From Bacteroidota bacterium (GTDB taxonomy: Bacteria > Bacteroidota > Bacteroidia > UKL13-3), in the NCBI GenBank assembly GCA_947459415.1, contig CANHDN010000003.1, positions 1-54,224 of the forward strand: a DNA stretch of 54,224 nt, given 5' to 3'. Positions 19,028 to 29,757 of the stretch are shown here, one piece after another. Every line of letters starts with the position of its first letter. Within the stretch, counting starts at the first letter, position 1. The notes under the pieces are model-generated. The model made no database searches, was not told where the DNA came from, and worked only from the letters and a program-made list of their open reading frames with translations. Both the position numbers and the translations under genes were made by a program.

Positions 19028-21112
19028 ATGAAAAAAATATTGTTAATGAGTTTAATTCCTTTTTTTGCAATGGCACAAAATAACTTAAACATAGAAACCC
19101 TCTGGCAATTTGGAAGAATCAGTGAACACGGTGTTTCACCAGATGGAAAAACGGCAATCTACGCTGTTAAAAATTATGACTTAAAAGCAAATAAAGGTTC
19201 TAATGTAATTTATATTCAAGGTATTATCAATGGAAATCCCATTGCCATTTTAAGTGCCGAAAAAAATGCTTTTGGCGCCAGATTCACCCCTGATGGTAAA
19301 TTAATATCTTATTTAAGTGCTATTAGTGGTGAAGTCCAATTATATACTTGCCAACTTAATGGATCAAACCAACAACAAATTACTTTTATCAAAGGCGGAA
19401 TAAATGGATATAAATTTTCACCTACGATGAGGCACATTGCTTTGATCATGGATGTAAAACTAGACCTAGAAGTAAAAGAACAATATCCAGATTTAGACAA
19501 AACCAATGCGCGTATTATTGATGGATTATTTTATCGTCATTGGGATGCTTGGCACGATTACGCCTATAGTCATTTGTTTATTCAAAGTTTTGAAAATGGA
19601 AAACTCATCGGTAATCCAAAAGACTTAATGGAAGGTGAAAAATTTGATTGCCCTATTCCTCCGCATGGAGATGATGATGAATTTAATTGGAGTCCGGATG
19701 GAAGTAAAATTGCTTACGATTGTAAAAAATTAAATGGCACCCAAGATGCTATTTCTACCAATAGTGATATTTACGTGTTTGATTTAAATACCCAGGTTAC
19801 CAAAAATATCTCTGAATCCAATCAAGGCTATGATAAAAATCCACAATTTTCACCAGATGGTAGTAAAATTGCTTGGCTTAGTATGGAAGAGCCAGGTAAT
19901 GAAAGTGATAGAAACACCCTTGTCATGTTTGATTACAATCATCCAAAAGCTAGCACTCCTGGAGATGCTAAGATTCAATCAGCCATATACATGCTTCCTA
20001 AAATTACCCCACTAACCAATCATTTCGATTATACCGTTGAGAGTTTTACTTGGATTAACAATCAACAAATTGCCTTTACAACAGTAATCAATGCAACAAA
20101 ACAAATTGCAATATTTAACCCATTGCTTAAAAGTTTAAGTCAGGTGATTGTGCATACAGAAGGCCTTCATGATTACACAGGGATTGTTGTAATACCAGGT
20201 AAAAAACCAAGTTTGTTAGCCGCCAAAATGAGTATTAGTATGCCAAGCGAATTGTTTAAAGTGGAACTTAGTTCTAAAATGACCAGTCAATTCACCTTTG
20301 TGAATAAAACAATATTGGATCAAACCAATATGGGTAAAGTTGAGAAAAGAATGGTTAAAACTACTGATAACAAGGATATGTTGGTTTGGGTCATTTACCC
20401 ACCAAATTTTGACCCAAACAAAAAATACCCAACCCTATTGTATTGTCAAGGAGGCCCACAAAGTCCTGTATCGCAGTTTTTTAGTTATCGCTGGAACTTT
20501 CAATTGATGGCTGCAAATGGGTATATTGTAGTTGCACCCAATCGCAGAGGTTTACCTGGTTTTGGAAGCGAATGGAACAATGCCATAACGAATGACTATG
20601 GTGGACAATGCATGAAAGACTATTTAAGTGCCATAGATGACATTGCTAATGAAACATACGTAGACAAAACCAGATTAGGTGCAGTTGGTGCAAGTTTTGG
20701 CGGATATAGTGTTTATTGGTTAGCTGGAAATCACAATAAAAGATTTAAATCATTTATTTCGCATTGTGGCATGTTTAATATGGAAAGTTGGTATGGTTCT
20801 ACCGAAGAAATGTTTTTTGCTAACCATGATAATGGCGGTCCGTATTGGGATCAAAAAACATCACCAAATAACTTTGATGCCTCACCACATAAATTTGTAA
20901 AAAATTGGGATACACCTATATTAGTCATTCACAATGAAAAAGATTACAGAGTGCCATTAAATCAAGGAATGGAAGCATTTACAGCAGCCCAAATAAAAGG
21001 AATAAAAAGTAAATTTTTATACTTTCCTGATGAAAATCATTGGGTAGTAAAACCCCAAAATAGTGTGTTGTGGCAGCGTGTATTTTTTGAATGGCTAGCA
21101 GAAACTCTTTAA
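19028..21112 (+). CDS. S9 family serine peptidase (prolyl oligopeptidase/dipeptidyl peptidase-like) with N-terminal beta-propeller
   Basis: The likely start is ATG 19028, giving the signal peptide MKKILLMSLIPFFAMAQ. SPDG propeller repeats are present. The catalytic GxSxGG is GASFGGYS, with a D...H tail (EKDYRVP, ENHW). The track ORF starts at 18932, inside the ALDH gene. Confidence 0.88.
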   Translation: MKKILLMSLIPFFAMAQNNLNIETLWQFGRISEHGVSPDGKTAIYAVKNYDLKANKGSNVIYIQGIINGNPIAILSAEKNAFGARFTPDGKLISYLSAISGEVQLYTCQLNGSNQQQITFIKGGINGYKFSPTMRHIALIMDVKLDLEVKEQYPDLDKTNARIIDGLFYRHWDAWHDYAYSHLFIQSFENGKLIGNPKDLMEGEKFDCPIPPHGDDDEFNWSPDGSKIAYDCKKLNGTQDAISTNSDIYVFDLNTQVTKNISESNQGYDKNPQFSPDGSKIAWLSMEEPGNESDRNTLVMFDYNHPKASTPGDAKIQSAIYMLPKITPLTNHFDYTVESFTWINNQQIAFTTVINATKQIAIFNPLLKSLSQVIVHTEGLHDYTGIVVIPGKKPSLLAAKMSISMPSELFKVELSSKMTSQFTFVNKTILDQTNMGKVEKRMVKTTDNKDMLVWVIYPPNFDPNKKYPTLLYCQGGPQSPVSQFFSYRWNFQLMAANGYIVVAPNRRGLPGFGSEWNNAITNDYGGQCMKDYLSAIDDIANETYVDKTRLGAVGASFGGYSVYWLAGNHNKRFKSFISHCGMFNMESWYGSTEEMFFANHDNGGPYWDQKTSPNNFDASPHKFVKNWDTPILVIHNEKDYRVPLNQGMEAFTAAQIKGIKSKFLYFPDENHWVVKPQNSVLWQRVFFEWLAETL

Positions 21113-21203
21113 GATAAATCCTATTTACGAGATTGGAGTTGAGGTTTAAACTTGTTTTACTATTAGATAGCAAGTTTATTTGTTAGGATAATAAAATAAT
21201 CCT

Positions 21204-23777
21204 ATGCAAACCCCAACAACCCACTATATGGCCTATTTAGGTCTGCTTTTTTGGTGCATTTGTTCCTCCCATTTTTCTCGAGCACAAATAAATTATGAAC
21301 CATTTAACTATGGCACAATTGCAGGCAGTTTAGATACTTTAAGTACGTTTTGGAGTGCGCATAGAGCCGCAGGTAGCAATGCAGTTCGGTTTGAACCAAC
21401 TGGATTAGTGGCTCCAGTAGGTTTGCCAAATAGTAATGGAGGAAGTTTAAGATTTACAGGCGGAGCTGGCAGTAGAGAAGATATAAACAGAACATTTACA
21501 GGGCAAAACTCAGGAAATTTGTATGTATCTTTTTTACTAAACATAGACTCTTTGGCATCAGAAGACTACTTTTTTCATTTAAATACGTTTACCCATATTG
21601 CTCGGGTTTTTATCAAAAAACAAAGTAATACATTTCAAATTGCTTGTAGTAAAACCAATTCAACTGCTATTTACCAGGGTAGTTTTAACTTCAATACAAA
21701 TTATCTCATCCTAATAAAATATGCATTCACACCCAGTTCAAGCAATAACGATACGGTAAGTTTATGGGTGTTAACTGAACCAACAAGCACAGAAATGGAT
21801 GCAGGCACACCCAATAATAAAGACTTTTTGGGAACAGACCCCAATAATATTTTTTCTGTTTGTATTCGCCAAGGACTTACAGCTATGACAGGCAGAATGG
21901 ATGAATTAAGAATAGCTTCAACTTGGGAAGATGCTGTAGGTACTTGCGTTTGGAATGCGAACCAAACGTGGACAAATGGGTTTCCTACGGCCCAAACCAA
22001 TGTAAAAATCACCAGTAATTTTTTACCAGGCTCCAATTTTTCGGCATATAATTTACACCTCCAAAACCAGACAAAACTGATGCTTAATGGAAATGAATTA
22101 CACTTACATGGAAAAATAAGTGGAGATGGAAGAATTGCGGGATTCAATGGGGCCGGTATTCATGTTTATAAACCAGCTGGCACTATTTTTTTTGATAGCC
22201 TACAATGTGAATTTAAAACCATTCAATTACATGAACATGCAAGTTTCACCGTTGGATCTCCTGTCAAATTACAGGCGGGAAACAATGCAGGTACACTTAT
22301 ATTGAACAATTATTCCCATTTAAATACTGGCCACCAATTAGCTTTTCTATCTAATGAGTTTGGTTCAGCCAGATTAGCAAGTCTAGGCATTGGAGCAATA
22401 CTTACGGGTAAAATTAAAGTTGAAAAATATATTCCTGCGCGCAGGGCTTTTAGGTTTTTAAGTACCCCATTAACCACAGAAAATGGACTAGCCCATGCTT
22501 GGCAACAACACACACATGTTACAGGTAATGGGCCTGGATTTGACTCAACAGCTAGTAAAAATGCATCCATATTTACTTTAAATACACAGAATCAAAATTG
22601 GATTCCTTTTACAAATACACTTACTCAAAATTTAATTCAAGGTACTGGCTACCGTATTTTAATTCGGGGTGATAGAAATACAAATTTATATAGCAATAAT
22701 GCTTCACCTACTGCTTGTGTGCTCAGTGCAACTGGTTATCATCAAACTGGAGACAAAACGTATTCGAGTAATAGCATTCCTGCTATTAGCGACAGCATTG
22801 GAGGAATAAGTTTAATTGGTAATCCATTTCCTTCGGCCATTAATTGGAATGTGCTTACTAAAAATCAAATTTCGAGTACTTATTACACCTGGCGAGCTCA
22901 GGGAGGCAGTAATAATAAAGGTGCATATGTGAGTTATAATGCAAATGGTATGAGTAGCTCAGATGGAAATGTAAATGCTATCATATCATCGGGCGCAGCA
23001 TTTATGATTAAAACAATTGGTAGCAACCCAAGCCTTATCATTAAAGAATCAGATAAAATTGCTGCAAATGAAGGAAATTTAATATTAGGCAAAAATTCAT
23101 CAGCCAATATGCTTATCAAGTTATATGAATATGATAGTATTTTAACTGATGCTTTTTTTATATGTACACAATTAAATGCCAGCCTATTAAAAGACCCATA
23201 TGACTCCGAAAAATGGATGAACCCAGGTACCTCTTTGTATGGTGTAGATAGCATAAACAATAACTATGCTATTATGGCTATTAGCCAAAAACAAATACCT
23301 AAAAATATATCTTTAAGACTCACCAATACAGAGTTAAAATCTTACCAATTTCACATACATACAAGCAATGAATTTGAAAAAAAATGGTGGCTTGTTGACC
23401 AATTTCTTGAAAAAAAAATAGCACTAGATACCTTTACCCACTATGCGTTTCAAATTACTGAAAATAAAGCTAGCATGTTTGAAGATAGGTTTTTTTTAAC
23501 ACAAGAAAAGGGAATTGAAAACAGCATTTCAAAAACTGAAATCCCAAGCTTTAATATTTATCCAAATCCAAGCAATGGTTTTATCCAACTGAGCAGCAAC
23601 CCTAAGCAAGATATACCTATATACTATACCCTATCAAATTTACAAGGTCAAATTCTTCAAATTGGAGAATTAGAAAGCGACAAAAAAATAGATTGTAGCA
23701 GCATTGGTTCAGGCCTTTTTATCTTGAGTTTACAATCCATGAAGTATGCTTTGAATTTTAAGATAATGATTGAATAA
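21204..23777 (+). CDS. Large secreted protein with T9SS C-terminal sorting domain, unknown function
   Basis: It has a signal peptide region. The C-terminus FNIYPNPSNGFIQLSS...GLFILSLQSMKYALNFKIMIE matches the T9SS type A CTD. Confidence 0.75.
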   Translation: MQTPTTHYMAYLGLLFWCICSSHFSRAQINYEPFNYGTIAGSLDTLSTFWSAHRAAGSNAVRFEPTGLVAPVGLPNSNGGSLRFTGGAGSREDINRTFTGQNSGNLYVSFLLNIDSLASEDYFFHLNTFTHIARVFIKKQSNTFQIACSKTNSTAIYQGSFNFNTNYLILIKYAFTPSSSNNDTVSLWVLTEPTSTEMDAGTPNNKDFLGTDPNNIFSVCIRQGLTAMTGRMDELRIASTWEDAVGTCVWNANQTWTNGFPTAQTNVKITSNFLPGSNFSAYNLHLQNQTKLMLNGNELHLHGKISGDGRIAGFNGAGIHVYKPAGTIFFDSLQCEFKTIQLHEHASFTVGSPVKLQAGNNAGTLILNNYSHLNTGHQLAFLSNEFGSARLASLGIGAILTGKIKVEKYIPARRAFRFLSTPLTTENGLAHAWQQHTHVTGNGPGFDSTASKNASIFTLNTQNQNWIPFTNTLTQNLIQGTGYRILIRGDRNTNLYSNNASPTACVLSATGYHQTGDKTYSSNSIPAISDSIGGISLIGNPFPSAINWNVLTKNQISSTYYTWRAQGGSNNKGAYVSYNANGMSSSDGNVNAIISSGAAFMIKTIGSNPSLIIKESDKIAANEGNLILGKNSSANMLIKLYEYDSILTDAFFICTQLNASLLKDPYDSEKWMNPGTSLYGVDSINNNYAIMAISQKQIPKNISLRLTNTELKSYQFHIHTSNEFEKKWWLVDQFLEKKIALDTFTHYAFQITENKASMFEDRFFLTQEKGIENSISKTEIPSFNIYPNPSNGFIQLSSNPKQDIPIYYTLSNLQGQILQIGELESDKKIDCSSIGSGLFILSLQSMKYALNFKIMIE

Positions 23778-23908
23778 AAATCCTATAAACATGAAACTTA
23801 AGCCCCTAATGATGCTATTTTTAATGTTAACTTTTAATCAAAAAGGAACGCACAAATGACATTTGATGATGGTATAAATGACCAAACAAAGCAAGCATCA
23901 AGAATCAT

Positions 23909-26626
23909 TTATTTCAATAAACCCTTTAAACGTTTTTTAGCCTCCTCTTCAGCTTGCTTCTTTAATTTTGCGGATTCTTCTCTTGCCCTCATTTCGGCTT
24001 CTCTTTTAATTCTTTCAGATTCTGCTTTGGCTTTTACTTCCGCTTCTTTTCTAATTCGATCTGTCTCTGCGCGTAACTTAGCCTCTGCTTCATTCTTCAT
24101 TCTAATCCCTTCATTTTTAATTTTTTCCGCCTCAGCTTTAGCCTTGTCAATGGCTTCTTGTTTCATCCGAAGTGTTTCATCTTTAAGCTGGCCAGTTAAT
24201 GAGTTAAGTTCATTTTTAGCTAAATCAGTTAGGTTAGTATTAAGCGTTGGAGCACCAAATGTTCCTCCAATTTTCACTTGTAATGGCAGCGTCTCATTCA
24301 TTTTTATATCACTTCCTGCCTGACTGTTTATTTTAGCTAAGGCATCGCTCATTGCTTGATTAGATGCACCTAAATCTTTCCTAGGAATATCAATATTGCC
24401 AACATAATCAATCGTTTGATCTAAACCTGTAGATCCACTTAATTTCATGTTTTGTTTGCCTAATTTAATATCAAATGGTTTTGTATTTACCCTGCCTTTT
24501 TCAACTATAAATGCAATGGCTGTATTATTCATTGAGATAGACTTATATTCAGGTTTTTGAATCAAATCTGTCAGCATATTGATTGCTTTAATTTCCTTAA
24601 TCTCTGCATATGGAATAGCCAAATTACCAGCAAGATATAATACATCCAAGTTTGGCTGCATGTTCTCACGAAGCTGGGTTTGCATTTTTAAATTTGCATC
24701 AAATAAGCCAAAAACATGTTCTGCTGCAGGGGCTAACTTTTGAACGGTATTGAAAGTTTTGAATGCCTGTTGAATATCCAAATTTACAATACTAAAATCT
24801 ATGTCTACAGAAGGTTTTTTAGGATTTTTTGTTTCATAAAACCCTTTCATTTTCATGTTTGAACCCAATAATTGTAAGGCAATATTTTGAAAGTTTAATT
24901 GTTGCTCTTTAATTTCAATATTGCCGATAAAACGCTGAATCTCTAAATTGGAGTATAGCAACTTATCAATATTACTATGTAATGTAAATTCTATATTTGA
25001 TGGGATTTCTATCACTGTCATTTGAGCACTGTCTGTTTTAACATTGTTTGTATCCGTAGTTGATTCAGACATAAAAGTATTTGCATTAAACAGGGTGCTA
25101 TTAAAATTTAACCTTCCTTTGAGCGGTCCTTTTTCAAAATAATATGCCAGGTAATTACTAATCTCACCTTCCATTCTCATATCATTCCCATCTATTTTTG
25201 CATCAAACTCTTTTAAAGTTATAGATTGGGGAGATAAGCCAAAGTTTGCCATAATTAACTGAAATGGCTTTGGATAATCTGGAGATGCATATCGAATTTG
25301 CTCGCAAATTAAATTACCAGATGCTGTGAAATTATTATAATCTCCCTTTTCCAAAGCACTTAAACTACCTTTTAAATTCCAATCAGACCTAATCATTCCA
25401 CTTAAAGATGTTTTTTCTAATGGAACTAATTTTGAAATTTTATTTAAATCAATAAGTCCTTTTACCATTGCTTCCATATATGGATCAGAAACAGGTGTTT
25501 TTACAAGTAATTTAGCATCAAAAGGGTCTTTTTCAATTTCAAAATGCAATTTATTTAGTTCAATGACTGTATGATCAGGAATTCCATCAGGATTTTGAAT
25601 AACTAGATCTAATTCTGTGTTTTGAAATGGCACTGGTAAAGAAGCATATTTAAACCAACCATTCTCTATACCAATTTGTAAACCAAATGAAGGCATTTGC
25701 TTTTCATTATATACACCTTTAACATGACCTGAAAATTTTAAATTACCCTTTGCTTGTAAATCTTGAAAATCATTGGCATACAAGGCTGGAATAAGCGACA
25801 AGAAGTTTTTAAAGTCGTTTTGCTTTACAGAATAGGTAATATCTATATTCATATCTTCCTTAGGCATTGCAAACTTGCCTGCAAATGCTACATGTAAATC
25901 ATTTAAAGAAAACTCATTGTCTTTGAAAGTAAATAAAAACTGATTCAAATCAGCATCTATGCTGGCATTCGCGGAACAACGCACCTTATTTAAATAATTT
26001 ACCCCATCCATTCCAACTGTTAGAGATGTAATCTCTAAGCTATTTTTCATTTCAAATAGTTTTTCTGAAAAATCACCAGATAAAGTATAATTGAAATGTT
26101 CCAATTCACTAACTATATGACTAGCTTCGTCATTATAATAAATATACGCGTCATTAAGTTCTAATGACTTTAACTTCAAATTAAAAGCTGAACCTACGGT
26201 ATCTGAAACTGCATTAGACCTGCTAGAATCTATCTTGGTAATATCCCAATTAGCTTTCCCATCTTTTAATACCAAAGCCTTGATTCTAGGTTTGTCTAAA
26301 CTGATTTTCTTAACAATAATTTCAGCTCCATTTATCACACTCATAATGTCTAAAGAAACTGAAAAACTCTGGCTTGAAAAGAGTGTGTCACCATCAAAAT
26401 CATTAGCTCCAACCACAGAAAGGTCTTCAATTTTCAAACTCATTGAAGGAAAATCTTTTAGTAAGCTTAATGATACATCTTCATTAAAATTCACTTTGGC
26501 AAGTAGTTGCGTATTAACTTGCTGTTTGATTAATTCAACAATTTTATCTTTAAAAAAGTAGGGAATACAAACTAGCGTAAACAATATAACTAATAAAACT
26601 AAAATTGAATATTTAATTATTTTCAT
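23909..26626 (-). CDS. AsmA-family envelope protein with K/E/A-rich C-terminal helical repeat tail
   Basis: It has a single N-terminal TM (MKIIKYSILVLLVILFTLV) and a ~800-aa beta-rich body, the size and layout of AsmA/TamB-like proteins. The last ~90 aa are charged repeats. Confidence 0.7.
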   Translation of the reverse strand: MKIIKYSILVLLVILFTLVCIPYFFKDKIVELIKQQVNTQLLAKVNFNEDVSLSLLKDFPSMSLKIEDLSVVGANDFDGDTLFSSQSFSVSLDIMSVINGAEIIVKKISLDKPRIKALVLKDGKANWDITKIDSSRSNAVSDTVGSAFNLKLKSLELNDAYIYYNDEASHIVSELEHFNYTLSGDFSEKLFEMKNSLEITSLTVGMDGVNYLNKVRCSANASIDADLNQFLFTFKDNEFSLNDLHVAFAGKFAMPKEDMNIDITYSVKQNDFKNFLSLIPALYANDFQDLQAKGNLKFSGHVKGVYNEKQMPSFGLQIGIENGWFKYASLPVPFQNTELDLVIQNPDGIPDHTVIELNKLHFEIEKDPFDAKLLVKTPVSDPYMEAMVKGLIDLNKISKLVPLEKTSLSGMIRSDWNLKGSLSALEKGDYNNFTASGNLICEQIRYASPDYPKPFQLIMANFGLSPQSITLKEFDAKIDGNDMRMEGEISNYLAYYFEKGPLKGRLNFNSTLFNANTFMSESTTDTNNVKTDSAQMTVIEIPSNIEFTLHSNIDKLLYSNLEIQRFIGNIEIKEQQLNFQNIALQLLGSNMKMKGFYETKNPKKPSVDIDFSIVNLDIQQAFKTFNTVQKLAPAAEHVFGLFDANLKMQTQLRENMQPNLDVLYLAGNLAIPYAEIKEIKAINMLTDLIQKPEYKSISMNNTAIAFIVEKGRVNTKPFDIKLGKQNMKLSGSTGLDQTIDYVGNIDIPRKDLGASNQAMSDALAKINSQAGSDIKMNETLPLQVKIGGTFGAPTLNTNLTDLAKNELNSLTGQLKDETLRMKQEAIDKAKAEAEKIKNEGIRMKNEAEAKLRAETDRIRKEAEVKAKAESERIKREAEMRAREESAKLKKQAEEEAKKRLKGLLK

Positions 26627-26743
26627 CCTGCGAATTTAAGTAAGTGAAATGATTTTTAGGAATTATAAACATACTTACAACGACATAAGTTCGTAAAAAT
26701 TTCTTCTCTCCTATACAAATTATGTATCTTGCCCGAAAAAAAC

Positions 26744-27676
26744 ATGCAAAATTCCGGTGCCATCAGATTAAATAAATTTATCAGCGATAGTGGAATATGC
26801 TCTCGAAGAGAAGCAGATAAATTTATAGAAAATGGACATGTATTTATCAATGGTAAGAAAGCCAAAATTGGCGATCAAGTAAAAGTTGGAGATCAGGTAA
26901 GAGTTAATGGACATGAATTAGAGCCGCGTGCCGGAGAAGATAGCATCATTATTGCATTAAATAAGCCTACAGGCATTACCTCTACCACAGAAGCTGCAGT
27001 GCGCAATAATATTGTACAATTTGTAAATCATAGTAAGAGAATCTTCCCAATTGGCAGATTGGATAAGGACTCCCAAGGACTAATACTACTAACAAACAAT
27101 GGAGATTTAGTAAATAAAATTTTACGGGCTGGTAATAATCATGAAAAAGAATATTTAGTTACCGTAAATAAACCCCTCACTGAAGCTGTTATAAACGGCA
27201 TGATGGAAGGAGTTCCGATGCTTGGAGTTCAAACAAAGAAATGCAGAATCTTTCTAGAAAGCCCCTTTGTTTTTAGAATCATATTAATTCAAGGTTTAAA
27301 TAGGCAAATTCGTAGAATGTGTGAATATTTTGGTTACGAGGTAAACAAATTAGAACGCGTAAGAATTATGCATATCAGTCTGAAAGGTATACCATTAGGA
27401 GATTGGAGAGATTTAACAAAAGGAGAAAAAGAAGAGCTCTATTCACTCATTGAAAAATCTGATTCTCAAGCTAAAAAAAATGAATCTAAACAAAAAGGAA
27501 ATACAACAGACAAAAAGAAAATAACTAATCAGAAAAACGCTGATGATTTAAATACAGCTGGTAAAAAATCAAAAAAACAAAACAACTTTAAGCCCGCTAA
27601 AAGTATTAATAAGTCTAAAAACGTAAGAAGTTATTCCAATAAAAATAAGCCGAGCAAGTCTAGACGTTCATTTTAA
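26744..27676 (+). CDS. rluF: RsuA/RluF-family rRNA pseudouridine synthase with S4 domain and Lys-rich tail
   Basis: The S4 motif is [31 protein letters not shown]. The catalytic block is [17 protein letters not shown], followed by NRQIRRM. The likely start is ATG 26744 (the track gives a TTG at 26729). Confidence 0.85.
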   Translation: MQNSGAIRLNKFISDSGICSRREADKFIENGHVFINGKKAKIGDQVKVGDQVRVNGHELEPRAGEDSIIIALNKPTGITSTTEAAVRNNIVQFVNHSKRIFPIGRLDKDSQGLILLTNNGDLVNKILRAGNNHEKEYLVTVNKPLTEAVINGMMEGVPMLGVQTKKCRIFLESPFVFRIILIQGLNRQIRRMCEYFGYEVNKLERVRIMHISLKGIPLGDWRDLTKGEKEELYSLIEKSDSQAKKNESKQKGNTTDKKKITNQKNADDLNTAGKKSKKQNNFKPAKSINKSKNVRSYSNKNKPSKSRRSF

Positions 27677-27692
27677 TACATTCTGAAAATCG

Positions 27693-28640
27693 CTACTTAA
27701 TAAGAACTAAAGTAGCACCGCTTCCAAATTTTAGGTTATCAGCATCTTCAAAAGAAAATACTATTTCTGGGTGCTTACTCAAATAGGTTCTAATTTTATT
27801 CTTTAAATATGCATTTCCTACCCCATGAATGTATACCATTTCTGGAAGTCTATGCACAAATGCAGCCTCTAAAGTTTGCCTAAAAACATCCATTTGATGG
27901 GCAGTAATATCACTGGCTGAACCGTATCCATTTTCTTGCAAAGCCTCGTAATGCAAATCAATAATATGCTCAGGCTTGGCTTTTAAATTCACATGAATTT
28001 GTTGGTTTTTTTCTGAAAAATCTTTTTGCTTGAGTGCTGTTAAATTTAACTTTTCAATAGGAGCATCCATATTAAATACATATGCTTGTTTAGATAAAAA
28101 GAAACAATGCTTCCAATAATTTTGAAAAGTTTTAGCTTGAAAACTAAGTTCACTACTAATGCTTTTAGCGGCATTTACACTAATTTGCTCCAGCGGCAGT
28201 ATAACAAAATAAAAATTTGGCCAAAGCTCAAATTCAGTGAGAGAAACTTGGCCAATCTTTAGCGTATCCTCTCTAGACATTTGTAAATGCTTATTCAGAT
28301 GATATACACCCTGAATTTTATGATAAATTAAGACAATAAGCTCATCTGACAAGTTATTGTGAATATGCATATCTAATTGAGAATCTCCAATGCGTTCAAA
28401 AGCAAGAAATACCCCCAAAGGATTGGAATTATTAAGCTTAAAAGACTTTACAACAGAAGGCTCCGAGTTGTTCCCAGCTTTTTCTTCGAACTTAATTTTA
28501 ACAACTTCACTAATTAATACAGGTATTTCAAAATCACTTTCAATGGTGACACCTATTTGATTATTAGGCTTGAATGAAGTAACAATCCCCTCCATATTTT
28601 CATTCAGGAATCTTACCTTATCACCTAATTTAATTGCCAT
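27693..28640 (-). CDS. Smr-domain protein (DUF2027-like N-terminus plus C-terminal Smr nuclease domain)
   Basis: The C-terminus is IIDLHYEAL...VYIHGVGNAYLKNKIRTYLSKHPEI...GATLVLIK, matching the Smr pattern (DLHG-like start, HGxG). Its ATG overlaps the ychF stop (TAATG). Confidence 0.8.
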   Translation of the reverse strand: MAIKLGDKVRFLNENMEGIVTSFKPNNQIGVTIESDFEIPVLISEVVKIKFEEKAGNNSEPSVVKSFKLNNSNPLGVFLAFERIGDSQLDMHIHNNLSDELIVLIYHKIQGVYHLNKHLQMSREDTLKIGQVSLTEFELWPNFYFVILPLEQISVNAAKSISSELSFQAKTFQNYWKHCFFLSKQAYVFNMDAPIEKLNLTALKQKDFSEKNQQIHVNLKAKPEHIIDLHYEALQENGYGSASDITAHQMDVFRQTLEAAFVHRLPEMVYIHGVGNAYLKNKIRTYLSKHPEIVFSFEDADNLKFGSGATLVLIK

Positions 28641-29737
28641 TATACGTTAAATTTAAAATGCATCACATCACCATCTACCACAACATATTCTTTACCTTCC
28701 ATACTCAATTTACCTGCTTCTCTGCAGGCAGATTCACTCCCGTAATTCAGATAATCTTCTAGGTGAATAACTTCGGCCTTAATAAATCCTCTTTCAAAAT
28801 CAGTATGAATTACACCAGCAGCTTGCGGCGCTTTATCTCCTTTATGGATGGTCCAAGCTCTAACTTCCTGAACGCCAGCCGTAAAATATGTAATTAAATT
28901 TAAGAGACTATATGCCGCACTGATTAATTTGGCAACGCCAGATTCTTCTAAACCTAAATCATTTAAAAATGCTATACGATCTTCGTATGATTCAAGTTGT
29001 GCAATATCTGCTTCAATAGCCGCACTAATTACGATTACTTGTGCATTTTCATCTTTAACAGCATTTTTCACTTTTTCAACATGCTCGTTGCCATTAATTA
29101 CACTCGCTTCATCTACGTTACAAACGTACATAACCGGCTTTAAGGTTAACAAACATAAATCTTCAACCATGGCTAATTCATCCTCGCTTGAAAGCAAAGT
29201 ACGTGCGTTTAGGCCATTCTCTAAATGTGCTTTAAACTTATTTAGAACAAGCTCTGTTTTTAATGCTTCCTTGTCTCCCGTTTTGGCAGCACGACTTGTC
29301 TTCATCAGCTTCTTTTCAATAGAATCTATGTCTTTTAATTGAAGCTCTGTATCTATCACATCTTTATCGCGCAACGGATTTACATTGCCATCTACGTGAA
29401 TAATGTTTTCATTTTCGAAACAACGTAGCACATGAATAATGGCATCTGTTTCACGAATATTTCCTAAAAACTGATTTCCTAAACCTTCCCCTTTACTTGC
29501 ACCTTTTACCAAACCAGCAATATCTACAATTTCAATGGTTGTAGGCACCATCTTATTAGGCTTTACTAATTCAGCAATTTTATTTAACCTATTATCTGGA
29601 ACAGTAATAACCCCAACATTTGGCTCAATGGTACAAAAAGGAAAATTTGCAGCCTGGGCTTTTGCGTTGCTTAAACAGTTAAATAAGGTAGATTTACCTA
29701 CATTCGGTAATCCTACGATCCCACATTGTAATGCCAT
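28640..29737 (-). CDS. ychF: Ribosome-binding ATPase YchF
   Basis: MALQCGIVGLPNVGKSTLFN, FPFCTIEPN, DIAGLVKGAS, the TGS-like C-terminus and the final DGDVMHFKFNV give a near-canonical YchF over the whole length. Confidence 0.95.
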   Translation of the reverse strand: MALQCGIVGLPNVGKSTLFNCLSNAKAQAANFPFCTIEPNVGVITVPDNRLNKIAELVKPNKMVPTTIEIVDIAGLVKGASKGEGLGNQFLGNIRETDAIIHVLRCFENENIIHVDGNVNPLRDKDVIDTELQLKDIDSIEKKLMKTSRAAKTGDKEALKTELVLNKFKAHLENGLNARTLLSSEDELAMVEDLCLLTLKPVMYVCNVDEASVINGNEHVEKVKNAVKDENAQVIVISAAIEADIAQLESYEDRIAFLNDLGLEESGVAKLISAAYSLLNLITYFTAGVQEVRAWTIHKGDKAPQAAGVIHTDFERGFIKAEVIHLEDYLNYGSESACREAGKLSMEGKEYVVVDGDVMHFKFNV

Positions 29738-29757
29738 GTTGTTTTTTTTTAGTCGTT

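Noticed and set aside
21701-22147. Internal or antisense ORFs listed in the track. Examples are 21701..22147(-), 28929..29342(+), 39233..39637(+), 22934..23260(-), 37471..37737(-), 49372..49674(+), 41419..41649(+) and 41881..42111(+), plus the many 60-90-aa ones.
   Set aside because: All lie wholly inside, or antisense to or out of frame with, long ORFs that carry clear family motifs. Their translations are low-complexity or have odd composition. They are typical shadow ORFs of an AT-rich genome.
23791-23859. A 22-codon ORF (MKLKPLMMLFLMLTFNQKGTHK) in the convergent spacer after the 857-aa T9SS gene. It looks like a truncated signal peptide.
   Set aside because: It is too short and has no promoter motif. 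It could be a remnant of a decayed secreted-protein gene, but nothing in the sequence supports expression.
23856-24323. A 155-aa plus-strand ORF (MTFDDGINDQTKQAS...SASFLIRSVSA...) overlapping the AsmA 3' end.
   Set aside because: It is the antisense shadow of the K/E/A repeat region, and it translates to low-complexity S/A/L/F sequence. It has no independent start context. The AsmA frame is continuous and explains the open frame.
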